NCBI GenBank assembly: GCA_973895155.1
Contig: OZ316892.1
Coordinates: 22,173,168 to 22,237,167 of the forward strand
Direction of reading: 5' to 3'
DNA: 64,000 nucleotides
Source: Marsupella aquatica
Taxonomy: Eukaryota; Plantae; Marchantiophyta
How positions within the stretch are numbered: the stretch's first letter is position 1; each line of letters begins with the position of its first letter. The position numbers and the translations under genes were made by a program. The notes under the pieces are model-generated. The model had not been told where the DNA came from and ran no database searches. It saw nothing but the letters and a program-made list of their open reading frames with translations. Positions 13,878 to 26,242 of this stretch are shown here, piece after piece.

Positions 13878-14934
13878 TCCTTCTCAATAAAAGTTTGATT
13901 TTCATTCCATTCCTAAATTCCTTATACTCAACAGAGATCGGCTTTACATTAGGAATTTCACTACAATTCTCTAAACTCTAGATTTCAGAACTTTACTCAT
14001 ATTTTTCCATACAAAACCAAAGAAACGTTTTCTCAAAATGTATTCATTCATTCCAAGGTTTGCAAAAAATGCACGAGGAAATCATGAATAACAGTAGAAT
14101 TTGGGTGGTGCATTTTCTCATTTCTGCGATTCTTCCTCCTAAGCCCAACCTAGCATGAGGAAAAGACCCATACTGGTCACAAATCGTTTCCAGAGAAAAT
14201 GACAAGGCAATTTTTCCTGGGAGTTCAATTGTAATACTCCCTCACAAATCAAAGAGATTTGAAAAGGTTACTTAACTACCTAAAAACTAACTATTGATGG
14301 AAGATCTGAAAAGGTGAGTAGTTTGAACTACTTTCCTAAGCTAAGATTCCTAATGATGGCTAAACTAGTCTAACTAAGCTAAATTCTATCCAATGAGCTC
14401 AATCTAGGAAAAGGGAGAGAAAAAATGGTTTAAGAGATGCTGAATCAGAATTCAACTTAAAACGCCTGAGCGATTCTTCCGATATAAAAGCAATTGTCGA
14501 TTAAAAAGGATTCTTCAATGTGAAAGCAATTTAGAGCTTTAACTCCTTCATTTTCTCTAAGTGACTTCATTTTGTCACTTAAAATGCTTCAAAAGTTTTG
14601 AAAAGTGTAAATTTAATACTCCTTAGAATACTTCCTCAAAAAAGGCTTTCCACAAGTGTCCTGTACCGGTGCCGTTGCCGTTGCCGTTCTCTCCTTCTCC
14701 ACCAATTTCAGCAGATTCTGCATGCCTGATTGGTGCATCGGCAAGTCTTCTTTCCTTGGCCGAAACACCTGCTCGATCGTAGGACTAGCAGGTTGGTTGG
14801 GCTCTTCTGTTGCCGGCCTCTGCTCCGGAACTTCCTCCGGTGCCCTTGCCGATAGGGGAAGTACTGGGGCAAAGATTTGACTTCTGGCATACCGGCACAA
14901 CAGCGGCATGTGATAGCCAAGCTGGGACACGCTT

Positions 14935-15753
14935 TGTGGTGCGTCCCATGGCTCCCTAAACCCAAGAAACCCCCTGCACAAGCCGATTCCCACAGGTTTC
15001 GCACTTGGCGAGGCTGTTGAGCATAGACAACGATCGCAACGGCAAGCCCATGAACCATCCAACGCACAATAGTCGACACAAGAGATACGTGGTTCACCTC
15101 CTTGAGGCTACGTCCACGGGAACACACAAGAGAGCTTTACTGAACTCTAAGCCCGTCGGCTATACCGAGTCTCCACAGTGTAAGCTCTCCCTATCTCTCA
15201 AGTGGCTCCATAACAATGAGCCTTGGTTCTTCCTCTCCAAGCACACATGCCTCTTATGATATAGTGTGCAACTTAGTTGTACCTAACCACATAGTTGTAC
15301 CTAATCACGTAGTTGTACCTAACCACATAGTTGTACCTAATCACGTAGTTGTACCTAACCACGTAGTTGTACCAACCCACGTTGTTGTACCAACCACGTC
15401 ATACCTAACCTAGACGTAAGAGTAAATACCCAACAGAGGCTGTTTTCGCGGCTTAGCGGCATGGGACGCTGTTAACTTCTTTCTACTACTACTATTAACA
15501 TTTTACACACATATACTGGACAGATCCTTCATCGGGTCATGAGATACGTAGCCGGCCTAATCTAGGCCTTCCCTTGTCTTCCCCTCCTTTTGGTTAGGTA
15601 TGTTTGGATTCCGCCGCCAGAATGATCCCCAATAGGCTTGGTTAAGCCGCTAAGACCTCTCTCAGCTCGACACATCCAACTCTCACTCCCTTGCTTACTT
15701 TCCTTCATCTATTAGTTGATGTGGGCACTCTTCACACAAGTTAATGCGACACA
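14935..15753. mobile_element. Left end of a second copy of the 52557-57223 element, inserted into the first copy
   Basis: Begins TGTGGTGCGTCCCATGGCTCCCTAAACCC exactly as at 52557 and is colinear to ~52952 once the 15015-15435 solo LTR is removed. Confidence 0.88.
15015..15435. mobile_element. Solo LTR, 421 bp, with an internal 18-bp minisatellite
   Basis: TGTTG...CAACA termini. TSD GAGGC (15010-15014 and 15436-15440). The empty site is visible at ~52631. TAGTTGTACCTAACCACR-type units occur at ~15274-15410. Confidence 0.92.
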
Positions 15754-18450
15754 TGTCGTGGAGGGTAACTCACGGGTAGCACACAACCCAAGCAAAGATA
15801 TTGATATCTCTACCAGTTCATTCCCATGGAAGAGCTTAGGGTGGGACCGCAAGGGGAAGACGGATGAACGAACCTTTTAGAAACCAAACAAAACCCCACC
15901 TCTATCTTCCAAGAGGCTGGAGAGTTTTCTCCACTTCAAAACAATAGACTACAACGACAAAACAACAAGACCTAACTCTCCACAAGGACCCCTCCTCATG
16001 AGAGTGCCAAATTTACTAAAGTTCTTTACACAAGGTGACCAGGGAAAACCTGTAAGAAATCACCCTGCTAAAAGCTCATTGGAACAAACCATGTTGCTGG
16101 GGTCACATCAGCTCCTCCTACCATCAATTGGTTTGCGAAACAAAACTAGGGGCTGAGCCCATTGTACCTGATTGCAACCCAATCTCAAGCACCCAAGTTT
16201 CAGTAGCCCTTGACCAGATCAGTACTTCTTGTCACTTCCCAGCTCTGAAGATTCAGATTGTCACTCCTGGGGGTGTCTACTAACTCCGGCCAACAAAACA
16301 GCCAAATCAGGACAGCAAACCACACATGGTGAGAAGGTTGCACTTTCAGATTTACTAAAGTGTTCCAAACACAACGGCCAGGGAAAACCTATAATCGTTT
16401 TGCCAAAAGTCCACAGCTAGAGACACCAAAGCATCATAAGGAATCGCCAATATGCTGCCCAGGTATACTGCCCGAACCAGGGAAAACCTGAAATCACAAC
16501 ACAATATTCTCTCCTCACTGAACCTCCAAGAAAATCAATTAGATTGGGTACAAGGTAACATCCAGGTACTCAATCCTTCTAAAGCTTAGTTCTCATGCCA
16601 ACTACAGAATTGGAGTCATAGCAAAGAATGATGCAAGAAAAAGAGACTTTATGTAACATCATAAATTTTCCTGGTAGAAATAGAACCTCTATCCAGGGTC
16701 CTTCTCCTCACTTCTCTACAACTGTCCAATTATGGGATCAAATGCTTGTGGATCTTAGTTTCCACTCCATGTGGATGAAGTTTTCACTAAGCAACCAAGC
16801 ATCTGTCCCTCCACACAAGAAACTACAATCCTTAAATACTTTTCAGCCACTCCAATCCACTCCAATCCAATCCTCACCATGGGCTGAGTGTTCCCCTTTC
16901 TTACTAGCTCCTAATCAAGCTCCTACTTCCATTCAATCCTCGTCCATGTGCTTCAAATCATAGAATCGAATTTCGCGCAGAAAAGTTGGAAGCTGCAGAC
17001 CCCCCTCCGGCATCTGATTTTTCTCTCACCAACCAGACCTCGGTTGGTGCTCATAATTTTCCAGAAGGTGCGCCTACTTCCCTTATACCTCCACAAAAAA
17101 TATCAGTCAATTTGGTCAAGCGAATGTGGCTCCAGAAAATATTTGGTGTCGTTGATGTTTCCTATCATTCGTTTCCGGGAATTTCAACTTCGGCGACTTG
17201 CGAGTGGAACTTCTAACTCCATTTCGACCTTCCCTTCCAACCTACCACCTTCTTTCTCATGTGCTTCCCACTCACAACTAATCACCATCACCATCTTCCC
17301 ACCAATCAATTGATTACAACAACATTCGTTTGCTTGAAGGTGCGGAATCAGATTTGTACCAAAAGCTAGAAAGCTGTAGACCTCCCTCCGGCATCTGATT
17401 TTTCTCTCACCAACCAACCGGTTGGTGATCATAATTTTCCAGAAGGTGCGCCTACTTCCCTTCTACCTCCACAAAAAATATCAGCCAATTTGGTCGAGCG
17501 AATGTGACTCCAGAAAATATTTGGTGTCGCTGATTTTTCTTACCATGAGTTTTCCGCGATTTTGACTTCGACAACTTGTGAGTGGAACTTCTAACTCCAT
17601 TTCGACTTGTCTTTCCAGGCCACGATTGCTTCACTTCATTTCTTGCAACTGATGATCACCTAATCCACCATATCTCATCAATCAATTGTTGATGGAGTCT
17701 TCACTCCTACCTAACTCCGTATTTCAATCAATCTTATCACCAACTAAGTAATTTCCTATTTCTTTCTTTACTCCTTTGATTCATCTACCTCTTCTTTCCT
17801 CTTCTTTTGACTACCCTCATCCACATGAGAGTACCATCTTTAGGAGTACCCCTCTTTTCACTCATGAGTACCCCCCCTGGTTAACTCGTAACAAAACGGC
17901 CAAACGGCTTAGCGGCCTAGTGATTTTGCGGCAAAACTACTAGACACCTATTTCTTGAGATTTTTAAAAATCTAACTTGAACTCCGTTTGTGCTGAAATT
18001 TTGCCAGTGCGTTTCCTCTACCTATAATCTATTACCTGACAAAAACTCAGACTTTTTGGACTAATCTAAGTCTACCAATAAAATACCCAAAGATGCTAAT
18101 TTAGTATAAAGTTGTAAAAACAGAAAACTATTCTAAGTGTCAAAGAACCAAAGTGTTAATATGCAAAAAAAAATGACTCTAACTTCCTAACGACATGTCC
18201 GTTTTGTCTGATATTTTCTTGGGTAGATTCTCTATCTAAAATCTATCTACTCATCAAAATTTGAGAGTTTTTCATGACCTACAAAGATTTGATTAAAATA
18301 TCATAAAATGCTACTCTATCTTAAAACTATCACTATTAACTTTTCACTTAATCTTCTAGGTTCAAAGTTGACCAAGGCCTAAAGCCTTCAACTACACTGA
18401 AATTACATAGAAAGAGGTAACTATAAGTCTTAATAAGCTCAAAAATTAAC
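15754..18450. mobile_element. Unclassified insertion, probably LTR/UTR sequence of another retroelement
   Basis: Starts with TG exactly where homology to the host element stops. It contains an internal ~240-bp duplication (~16990-17230 vs ~17370-17610). No matching right terminus, TSD or recognisable ORF was found. Confidence 0.4.
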
Positions 18451-18460
18451 TAACAACCCT

Positions 18461-18660
18461 GTGTGACACCTTTAAGGGGGCGCACAGGAACAACGCGGAT
18501 GTGAGCGCGGAGAAGTGAGAGATTGCACAGACCAATATGCAAAGATTGAGGAAGAGCGCGGATTAGAGCGCAAACAAGTAAGGGACGCAAAAGAGTGAGG
18601 CAGAAAGAGAAGGTCTGGGGATTAGTGATAAAGATGAGCGCCAAACCTAAGGTGTCACAC
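18461..18660. mobile_element. Possible 200-bp MITE-like fold-back
   Basis: GTGTGACACCTT (18461) and AAGGTGTCACAC (ending 18660) form a perfect 12-bp inverted repeat. No TSD is evident. Confidence 0.4.
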
Positions 18661-19209
18661 CGTGGAAGAGTGACGAGGAAGGAACGACATCCACTTCAAG
18701 GGATAACGTACCGCACGTAATGCACAACACTAAAGTACGCAATAGATACAGGAGATCCTAACTATACTTCGATACGTACATGTTAACGGCCCAAACAAGA
18801 AAGTACACAATGCTAACGCGAGTACTGACCACCACTAGTACGAGAGAGTTTAGGGTACAATTAGGGACTTTGGCCTACAACTCAAATGAGTTCGAATGTA
18901 GGAGACCCTCACCGTCATTTCATTTCGAGGCCTACTGAGACGTGTCAACATCTCGGTGCGTCAGCTCAAAGAGGAAATGGTTGCCCACATGCATTATCAT
19001 CTGGGTGGCTTAACTAAAAGAGGAAATTGGGGTTAAGAGAAGGGGGAAGAGCACAAGTCAACAAGATCAAGGAGGGTTTGTTGGAGGAGACTTAATAAAG
19101 GCGGCCAATTATGTTTAGGGTTTAGGGTTTAGGGTAAAATATGAGAAGTAGAAAAAAGTCCAACACTCTAGCGAACTGCACGGTAGAAAAGTAAGCTTCT
19201 TGGGTCAAA

Positions 19210-20230
19210 AAGGTCGCCAGCCTCTCGGAGACCCTCTCTGAGATGGAGTCGTGGGCGTACTTTGGCCAGATGACACCACTTGTGGACCCTGTTAACAGTT
19301 TCAAAGGGTTAGCTACAACATACACTGTGTCTCTCAGAGACCCTCTCCGAGATGAAATTAAGGGTATTCCATTTCAAAGAAAGGACCCAAATTGGTTCTA
19401 TCCAACATCCGATGTCAGAGACCCTCTCTGAGATGGAGTGGTGTGGCCCGAACGGCCAGACGACAACAATTGTCAATCGCGTCTTGGGTGGAAAGGGAAG
19501 CGAGATTGCAACCCAATCGCTCGGAGACCCTCTCTGAGATGGAGCCGTGTGCCCCAAGTGGCCAGAGAGCAGTTCTCCCAGATCGCATATTGGGTCAGAA
19601 AGGTCGCCAAATGAGACCCAGCCTCTCGGAGACCCTCTCTGAGATGGAGTCGTGGGCGTACTTTGGCCAGATGACACCACTTGTGGACCCTGTTAACAGT
19701 TTCAAAGGGTTAGCTACAACATACACTGTGTCTCTCAGAGACCCTCTCCGAGATGAAATTAAGGGTATTCCATTTCAAAGAAAGGACCCAAATTGGTTCT
19801 ATCCAACATCCGATGTCAGAGACCCTCTCTGAGATGGAGTGGTGTGGCCCGAACGGCCAGACGACAACAATTGTCAATCGCGTCTTGGGTGGAAAGGGAA
19901 GCGAGATTGCAACCCAATCGCTCGGAGACCCTCTCTGAGATGGAGCCGTGTGCCCCAAGTGGCCAGAGAGCAGTTCTCCCAGATCGCATATTGGGTCAGA
20001 AAGGTCGCCAAATGAGACCCAGCCTCTCGGAGACCCTCTCTGAGATGGAGTCGTGGGCGTACTTTGGCCAGATGACACCACTTGTGGACCCTGTTAACAG
20101 TTTCAAAGGGTTAGCTACAACATACACTGTCTCTCAGAGACCCTCTCCGAGATGAAATTAAGGGTATTCCGTTTCAAAGGAAGGACCCAAATTGGTTCTA
20201 TCCCACATTCGATGTCAGAGACCCTCGCCA
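19210..20230. repeat. Tandem array, 401-bp unit, ~2.5 copies
   Basis: CAGCCTCTCGGAGACCCTCTCTGAGATGGAGTCG at ~19218, 19619 and 20020. Confidence 0.95.
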
Positions 20231-20433
20231 AAATACAAGGATGAACCCAAAAGTGCATGCAAAAACTGACCGTACAGTACTTTTCAATGTTTTTACAATG
20301 TAATTCTGTATGGATTGCGTGTCCGTACAAATCTACTATCTTAGAGAGGCTCGCCGAGTACAAATACTGTTGCCCAAATGACCCGAGTCCATCTCAGAGA
20401 CCCCCACCGAGAATAATTTAGGGTGGAAACTAA

Positions 20434-21472
20434 ATGTCAGAGACCCTCGCCGAGTAGGATTCTAGGTAAAAGTCTATGAGAATCCATCTCAGAATCTCGG
20501 AGACCCCCGCCGAGAATGACTTGGGATGAAAAGTAAATGACACTCAGCGACCGAGGAAGTTCCTAATCCACCACAGAGAGGCTCGCCAGATAGCGCGACC
20601 GCATGTCAGAGACCCTCGCCAAGTAGGATTCTAGATAAAAGTCTATGAGAATCCATCTCAGAATCTTGGAGACCCCCACCGAGAATGACTTGAGATGAAA
20701 AGTAAATGACACTCAGCGACCAAGGAAGTCCCTAATCCACCACAAAGAGGCTCGCCAGATAGCGCGACCGCATGTCAGAGACCCTCGCCGAGTAGGATTC
20801 TAGATAAAAGTCTATGAGAATCCATCTTAAAATCTCGGAGACCCCCGCCAAGAATGACTTGGGATGAAAAGTAAATGACACTCAGCGACTGAGAAAGTCC
20901 CTAATCCACCACAGAGAGGCTCGCTAGATAGCGCGACCGCATGTTAGAGACCCTCGCCGAGTAGGATTCTAGATAAAAGTCTATGAGAATCCATCTCAGA
21001 ATCTTGGAGACCCCCGCCGAGAATGACTTGGGATGAAAAGTAAATGACACTCAGCGACCAAGGAAGTCCCTAATCCACCACAGAGAGGCTCGCCAGATAG
21101 TGCGACCGCATGTCAGAGACCCTCGCCGAGTAGGATTCTAGATAAAAGTCTATGAGAATCCATCTCAAAATCTCGGAGACCCCCGCCGAGAATGACTTGG
21201 GATGAAAAGTAAATGACACTCAGCGACCGAGGAAGTCCCTAATCCATCATAGAGAGGCTCGCTAGATAGCGCGACCGCATGTCAGAGACCCTCGCCGAGT
21301 AGGATTCTAGATAAAGGTCTATGAGAATCCATCTCAGAATCTTGCAGACCCCCACTGAGAATGACTTGGGATGAAAAGTAAATGACACTCAGCAACCAAG
21401 GAAGTCCCTAATCCACCATAGAGAGGCTCGCCAGATAGCGCGACTGCATGTCAGAGACCCTCACCGAGTAGG
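20434..21472. repeat. Tandem array, 169-bp unit, ~6 copies
   Basis: ATGTCAGAGACCCTCGCCGAGTAGG-type unit at ~20434, 20603, 20772, 20941, 21110, 21279 and 21448. Confidence 0.95.
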
Positions 21473-21883
21473 AAGTCGGAAGGCTATTTATTCATCCTTC
21501 AAGTCAGGCATTTTTGCAGAGGGGATTATAAGCCACACGACGGAAGAAGAAATGTTTTAGGCAAGGCCGGACAGAATCTTGGAGAATATACTACATCCCC
21601 AGAGTTTGCATGTACCTTCTTGGCGGCTGCTGGCAAATATGTACCTTGTACATGTGCAGAATCTATACCTTCTTGGCGGCCGCTAGCAAATAGGTACCTT
21701 CTTTGTGGTACAATTGTTATATGTGCGCTCCAGATTCTACGATCGTTATATGGTACGCACGTTGTCCGGAATGGTATTCTTGGCGTAAAGTACGGGTACT
21801 TTAACGTCTGATGTACCGCCCAAGTTCTAAGCCTGAAAGTGCGGTATTATTGGCATAAAGTGGTACCAAGACTTTAACGTCTG

Positions 21884-24800
21884 ATGTATAAAGCCGAAGG
21901 CCTGGGGACTAACATTTCCAGTGTGGATTTGGGACACATGGCTTCTCTTGTGATAATCCGATCAGTAACCGGGGATGTTGTTGTTTTTCGTCAGATTGAG
22001 GGAGACAGTGTTCGAGTCACTAAGGAGCATGAAGTAGCAAGCCGATTTGGTTTGAAGGTAGGGGATTTCATGATTTACGAGGAGAGAGTAGATGGGCTGT
22101 CCACTTCTGTTGAATCCAAAGGCGATGGAGATGAGCGAGAGTGGTATCTAAAATGTGGCGTGTCCTATACTATCTGCAAAAAGAAAGCAAGTTCATGCAA
22201 TGTTAGTGAGGGTCTTGGAGATTTTGCGCACTCCCCACAGATTGATGAACCGGGTGAATTATGGAACAATACACCGCATCAGAAATCATCCCAATTTTGG
22301 GAGGACATTCACCGAGTTGGTAGACCCCACTCAAATTCGTCGCTAGTGTGGCAGGATGTTGGAGAGGCAGATGAGCCAGTGAAGGAGACACCTCGAACCA
22401 GCGCAATCAATCTCAGAGGGGGTCTTCGACATGGTGAACCTTCTCGATTGAGTACACCTCGGTCAAATTCATTCCATATGTGGGAAGATGTTGGAGATGT
22501 GGATACACCAGTGAAGGAGAAACCTCGATCAAGTGCATTCGATCTTAGAGGGGGTCTTCGAGATGGTGAACCTCCTCGGACAAGTACACTTGGGTCCAAT
22601 TCATTCCAAATGTGGGAGGATCTTGGAGATGGTGATACACCAGTGAAAGAGAAACCTCGATCAAGTGCATTCAATCTCAGAGGGGGTCTTCGAGATGATG
22701 AACCTCCTCGGACAAGTACACCTGGGTCCAATTCATTCCAAATGTGGGAGGATCTTGGAGATGGTGATACACCAGTGAAAGAGAAACCTCGATCAAGTGC
22801 ATTCAATCTCAGAGGGGGTCTTCGAGATGATGAACCTCCTCGGACAAGTACACCTGGGTCCAATTCATTCCAAATGTGGGAGGATCTTGGAGATGGTGAT
22901 ACACCAATGAAAGAGAAATCTCGATCAAGTGCATTCAATCTCAGAGGGGGTCTTCAAGATGGTGAACCTTCTTGGATGAATACACCCGAGTCTACATCAT
23001 CCCAATTTTGGGAGGATCGAGGAGCTGCTTATACTCCACCAAAGGAGACACCTCGATCAAAGGCATTCCTTCTCAGAGAGGGTCTTCGAGAAGGCAATTC
23101 AGTATGGAAGGATGAGTTCCTTGTCAGTGTTGTTCATGCCATGCTACACGGGAAAGGGACCTCTCGATGTGTACAAGCTGCTCATAAGATTTTGAGCACA
23201 AAATTGCCGGAGAGAGTTCAATGATTACCAGAAGTGTATGATGGAGACCATGTTTTTGAGTTGCCACCTTTTATAGGTCCATACTCGAAGGGGTGTTTCT
23301 TTTTGGGCATGGAGCGAAAGAATGATTGTTACATGTGGAGCAGGTTGATTGAGACAGGAGCAAATATCGGCCCAAAGCTAAACAACAACAGTCACTCTTA
23401 CAAGATCCAAACTGTGAAGTGTTTGGGTTCTCTGCGTTGTATGCATAGGGATTGTGAGAATTTTGAAGAGCGCAAAGAGCACAATTCTGCAAAGTGGACC
23501 CGAGATCGAGCAGGCACAAATGAGCTGCCTTTCCTTGTTGGATGCGACGTTCCCCCATCAAGTGTAATTTGTAGCTTCTACAGGAGGCCTCCTAGGTGTA
23601 TAGCTGGATGCCCAAGTGAGATGTACTACATCACTCCAACCAAGGACGACCTTAATTACTGTCACAAGTCTTGTGTTGCCATGCATGTTGGAAATCACAC
23701 CCATCCCGCAATGTTCACACACAACAAAGATCAACGATCACTTGTGCGTAATCTCGTGGAGGAGGAACTGAAGAGGAGTCCTACTGCACGGCCGTCTGTG
23801 ATCAAGGTCGAAGCAGTACAAAAACTTAAAGATATTTTTGAGGACCTAGTGGCTGAGATGGTCACCACTGAGGAGGCAAACGACCTTGATGAAATGTTGG
23901 CCATTCTGGGCGACGAATCTGTTTTCCGCTCGATGATCAGGAGCATCAAGAGATACTCTCATGTGTCGTCTGATGTAAGCATGATACTAGAGATGCGGAA
24001 GCAGACTGCATTTCCTTTTATCCAAAGTGTTTTGTTCCCAGCCCAGAACGTGGGAGCAAATGAGCGGCCGCACATTTTTAAAATGAGTAGTACAGAAGGT
24101 CCTGGGTCAGGAGTGGACCTTGTTCGAAGAATGCAGCCAGGAGGGGATCTTGAGCATTCTTGGGTGATGTCTGATGTCATGCACTGCATACTTGACAATA
24201 GATGGTGCACTATGTCTGCACACGTATATGACCATTTCTATCGAGGCTTATGCACAATCTTTGTCTATGAGCTAGTTTCAGAAGACAGCAAGTCATTGCA
24301 AACTACATGGAAGGTCATGAGGAGGGTATGTGAAGAACATGGGCTGAAGAATGTGCAATTCTGTGGATTTATGGCTGATAATGCTGCTGTTGGGTGGAAT
24401 GCGATCCGCAATGAATTTTGGGATGGAAAGGTAAATTCCCATAGAGAGAGGTCTGATGCATTTCACTGGGTCCAATCAGTACAGAGAATGCAGAAGCACA
24501 TTGTCCCAAGTAAGAGATTCGAGCATAAAGAATTGTTGGATTCACTTCGGCACGCCGGTAATATAGTTCTTGCCTATCGAGTTTTTGAGAAGCTGAAAAC
24601 GTGGTGGAATGAGGGCAATGCGCTACCAGGAAAAGCAAAGGAGCTCACCACATGGATGTCTTGGTGGATTGTTCGGTTTTCTCAATGGGGAAACTTTTTG
24701 AGACTCGTAAGTGTCTTAACACTTTCCCTCCCTATGCATGATATCCGTCAACACGTCGGATCTCGGCGAAGCTCTCCAAGATACGCTCTGATACACCTAT

Positions 24801-26242
24801 TTTGTCTGTTGCCTAGAACATAAAAAAATGACCAAAATTGATATGTTTTCTGGAACAATATTGCAGGAGATGGACAGAGAAAAGGCAGCACTCATGCCTA
24901 ACCACAGCGGGGCAGAGTCGGTACACGCATCTATGCGTAAATCCTCATCTAGTACAAAGGTTGGGTTAGTACAATCTTGTACCCTGGATGCATCTCGCGC
25001 GTTGAGCCAAAATGGAGCTTTGAAGAACTACAAACTCAGTGGGAGGAAAGGACGGGGATCGAGCTTGTTTGAACTTCGACTTCAAGATGCTACTGCCGTT
25101 GGGAATGTAGAATCTTTCTTTCCAAAATTGAACACCGCTGTAACTCAACCACACTTGCGTGAGTTCTCATCCGCGGACCCACTTAGCGGAGATGTAGAAA
25201 CGGTTCCGATGAAACGCAGGAAGGCCGCTGCTGGCCATCATGTTGTAGTAGAAGATTCCCACCGGCCTGACATTGTTTTGGTAACCAGACCAAAGAAGAG
25301 GAAGTTCAGGGGGATTGCAAATAGGGACGCAAACTTGAAAAGCCAGGATGCTGAAGTCCGGAGAAGACATGTTCAGGAAAGTGATTTGGTTCCAGGCATG
25401 TTCTTTTTGGCTCGCATCTCAATGATTGGTAAGAGTCCCGGTTGTCGAGGTGCATTCAAAGGCAAGGAACGGGGAGTATGTGCTCAATTTATCAAAGAGG
25501 CAGGACTAAAAGTAAGCGGATTAGGCGTTGTCGGTATCTGTTGGCTGGCTGGGAGTAAATTTAACGAACCAGGTGTTCCATATCCGTATTGGTTTGCCCA
25601 AACAACCAGTGTTGCACAAAATCATCTTTGCCATTTATTACCGGTGTTTTACCACCACTGCCTTCAAAGTTTCCTGTCTCTCGTGGAACTAATCTTACAG
25701 AAGAAGAGGTCCTGTTCTTGCACAACAATGGAGTGGACGTCATTTTTGGTGAAGATGTTATGAATGAATTGGTGAGTACTGGTGACATCATAATGGATTT
25801 GAACACATACCCAGAGCGGATAGATCCTACAATGCCTGATGAGTGTGGTACTCGACGCAATGGCCAGGCAAGGTGAAGGAGGTCAGACACCTCCAAGTAC
25901 GCTGCCACACGTATCCGTAATGCTAAGACCGAGGCAATTGTGTGCACATCAATGAGGAGAATCAAAACAGGGAATGCTACAGGCGTGAGGCTCATGGTGA
26001 ACAACACTTGCAGGGGCCAAACTTCAATACATTGCGTACAGATCTGTGTCTTCCCAAGTTGCTCCTGCAAGGATTTCATGTACAGGGAGTCTATGGGAAG
26101 AGCCTACTTCCCGTGCAAGCACTTGTACTGGTGCTTTGCAAACATCTTGAAAAGGAATATCGACACGGATCAATGTGTTAACCAACCAATCTTGACTCTA
26201 ACTGAGGTCAGCAACCTTGTATCAAATGCGGGTATTGTCTGA
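21884..26242 (+). pseudogene. MULE-type transposase (GCM-like Zn domain, DDE core, C-terminal SWIM finger), disrupted
   Basis: KCLGSLRC...HVGNHTHP is GCM/WRKY-like. SDVMH, FMADNA, AFHW and GAESVH fit the MULE D/D/CxxH/E pattern. CSCKDF...CKH is a SWIM finger. In-frame stops at 23222 and 25874, a probable intron at ~24707-24866, and a frameshift near 25590. Confidence 0.8.
22340..23095 (+). repeat. Coding tandem repeat, 132 bp (44 aa), ~5.5 copies, in the transposase N-terminal extension
   Basis: Unit SSAFNLRGGLRDDEPPRTSTPGSNSFQMWEDLGDGDTPVKEKPR. The TCTCAGAGGGGGTCTTC-type core sits at 22411, 22543, 22675, 22807, 22939 and 23071. Confidence 0.95.

Larger units (their letters stand above)
10684..14654. 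mobile_element. Solo LTR (~980 bp after removing the nested element)
   Basis: Termini TGTGGTAAGCGTTTT ... AAAAGGCTTTCCACA form an imperfect inverted pair. 5-bp TSD AGTGT at 10679-10683 and 14655-14659. Host homology resumes exactly after the TSD. Confidence 0.85.
8315..14934 (-). pseudogene. Decayed copy of the 52557-57223 element and its large ORF, interrupted by the 10684-14654 insertion
   Basis: 8315-10683 is colinear with ~53141-55469, and 14655-14934 with ~55465-55758. Frameshifted peptide pieces (MEYGEMCGDLAL, QQELASLTASFKADL, PTIEQVFRPRKEDLPM) match the 1210-aa ORF. Confidence 0.9.

Noticed and set aside
19114-19134. (TTTAGGG)3 as a telomere or fusion site
   Set aside because: It is too short, and such tracts are dispersed inside TE repeats throughout the window.
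19210-21472. Recurrent ~20-bp semi-palindromic motif separated by spacers, superficially CRISPR-like
   Set aside because: The spacers themselves repeat as 401-bp and 169-bp units, no cas genes are present, and the context is a eukaryotic transposon.
21884-26242. Classification as Zisupton/KDZ because of SWIM plus nearby F-box genes
   Set aside because: The catalytic motifs follow the MULE D..D..(C)xxH..E pattern, and no KDZ/CxC signature was recognised.
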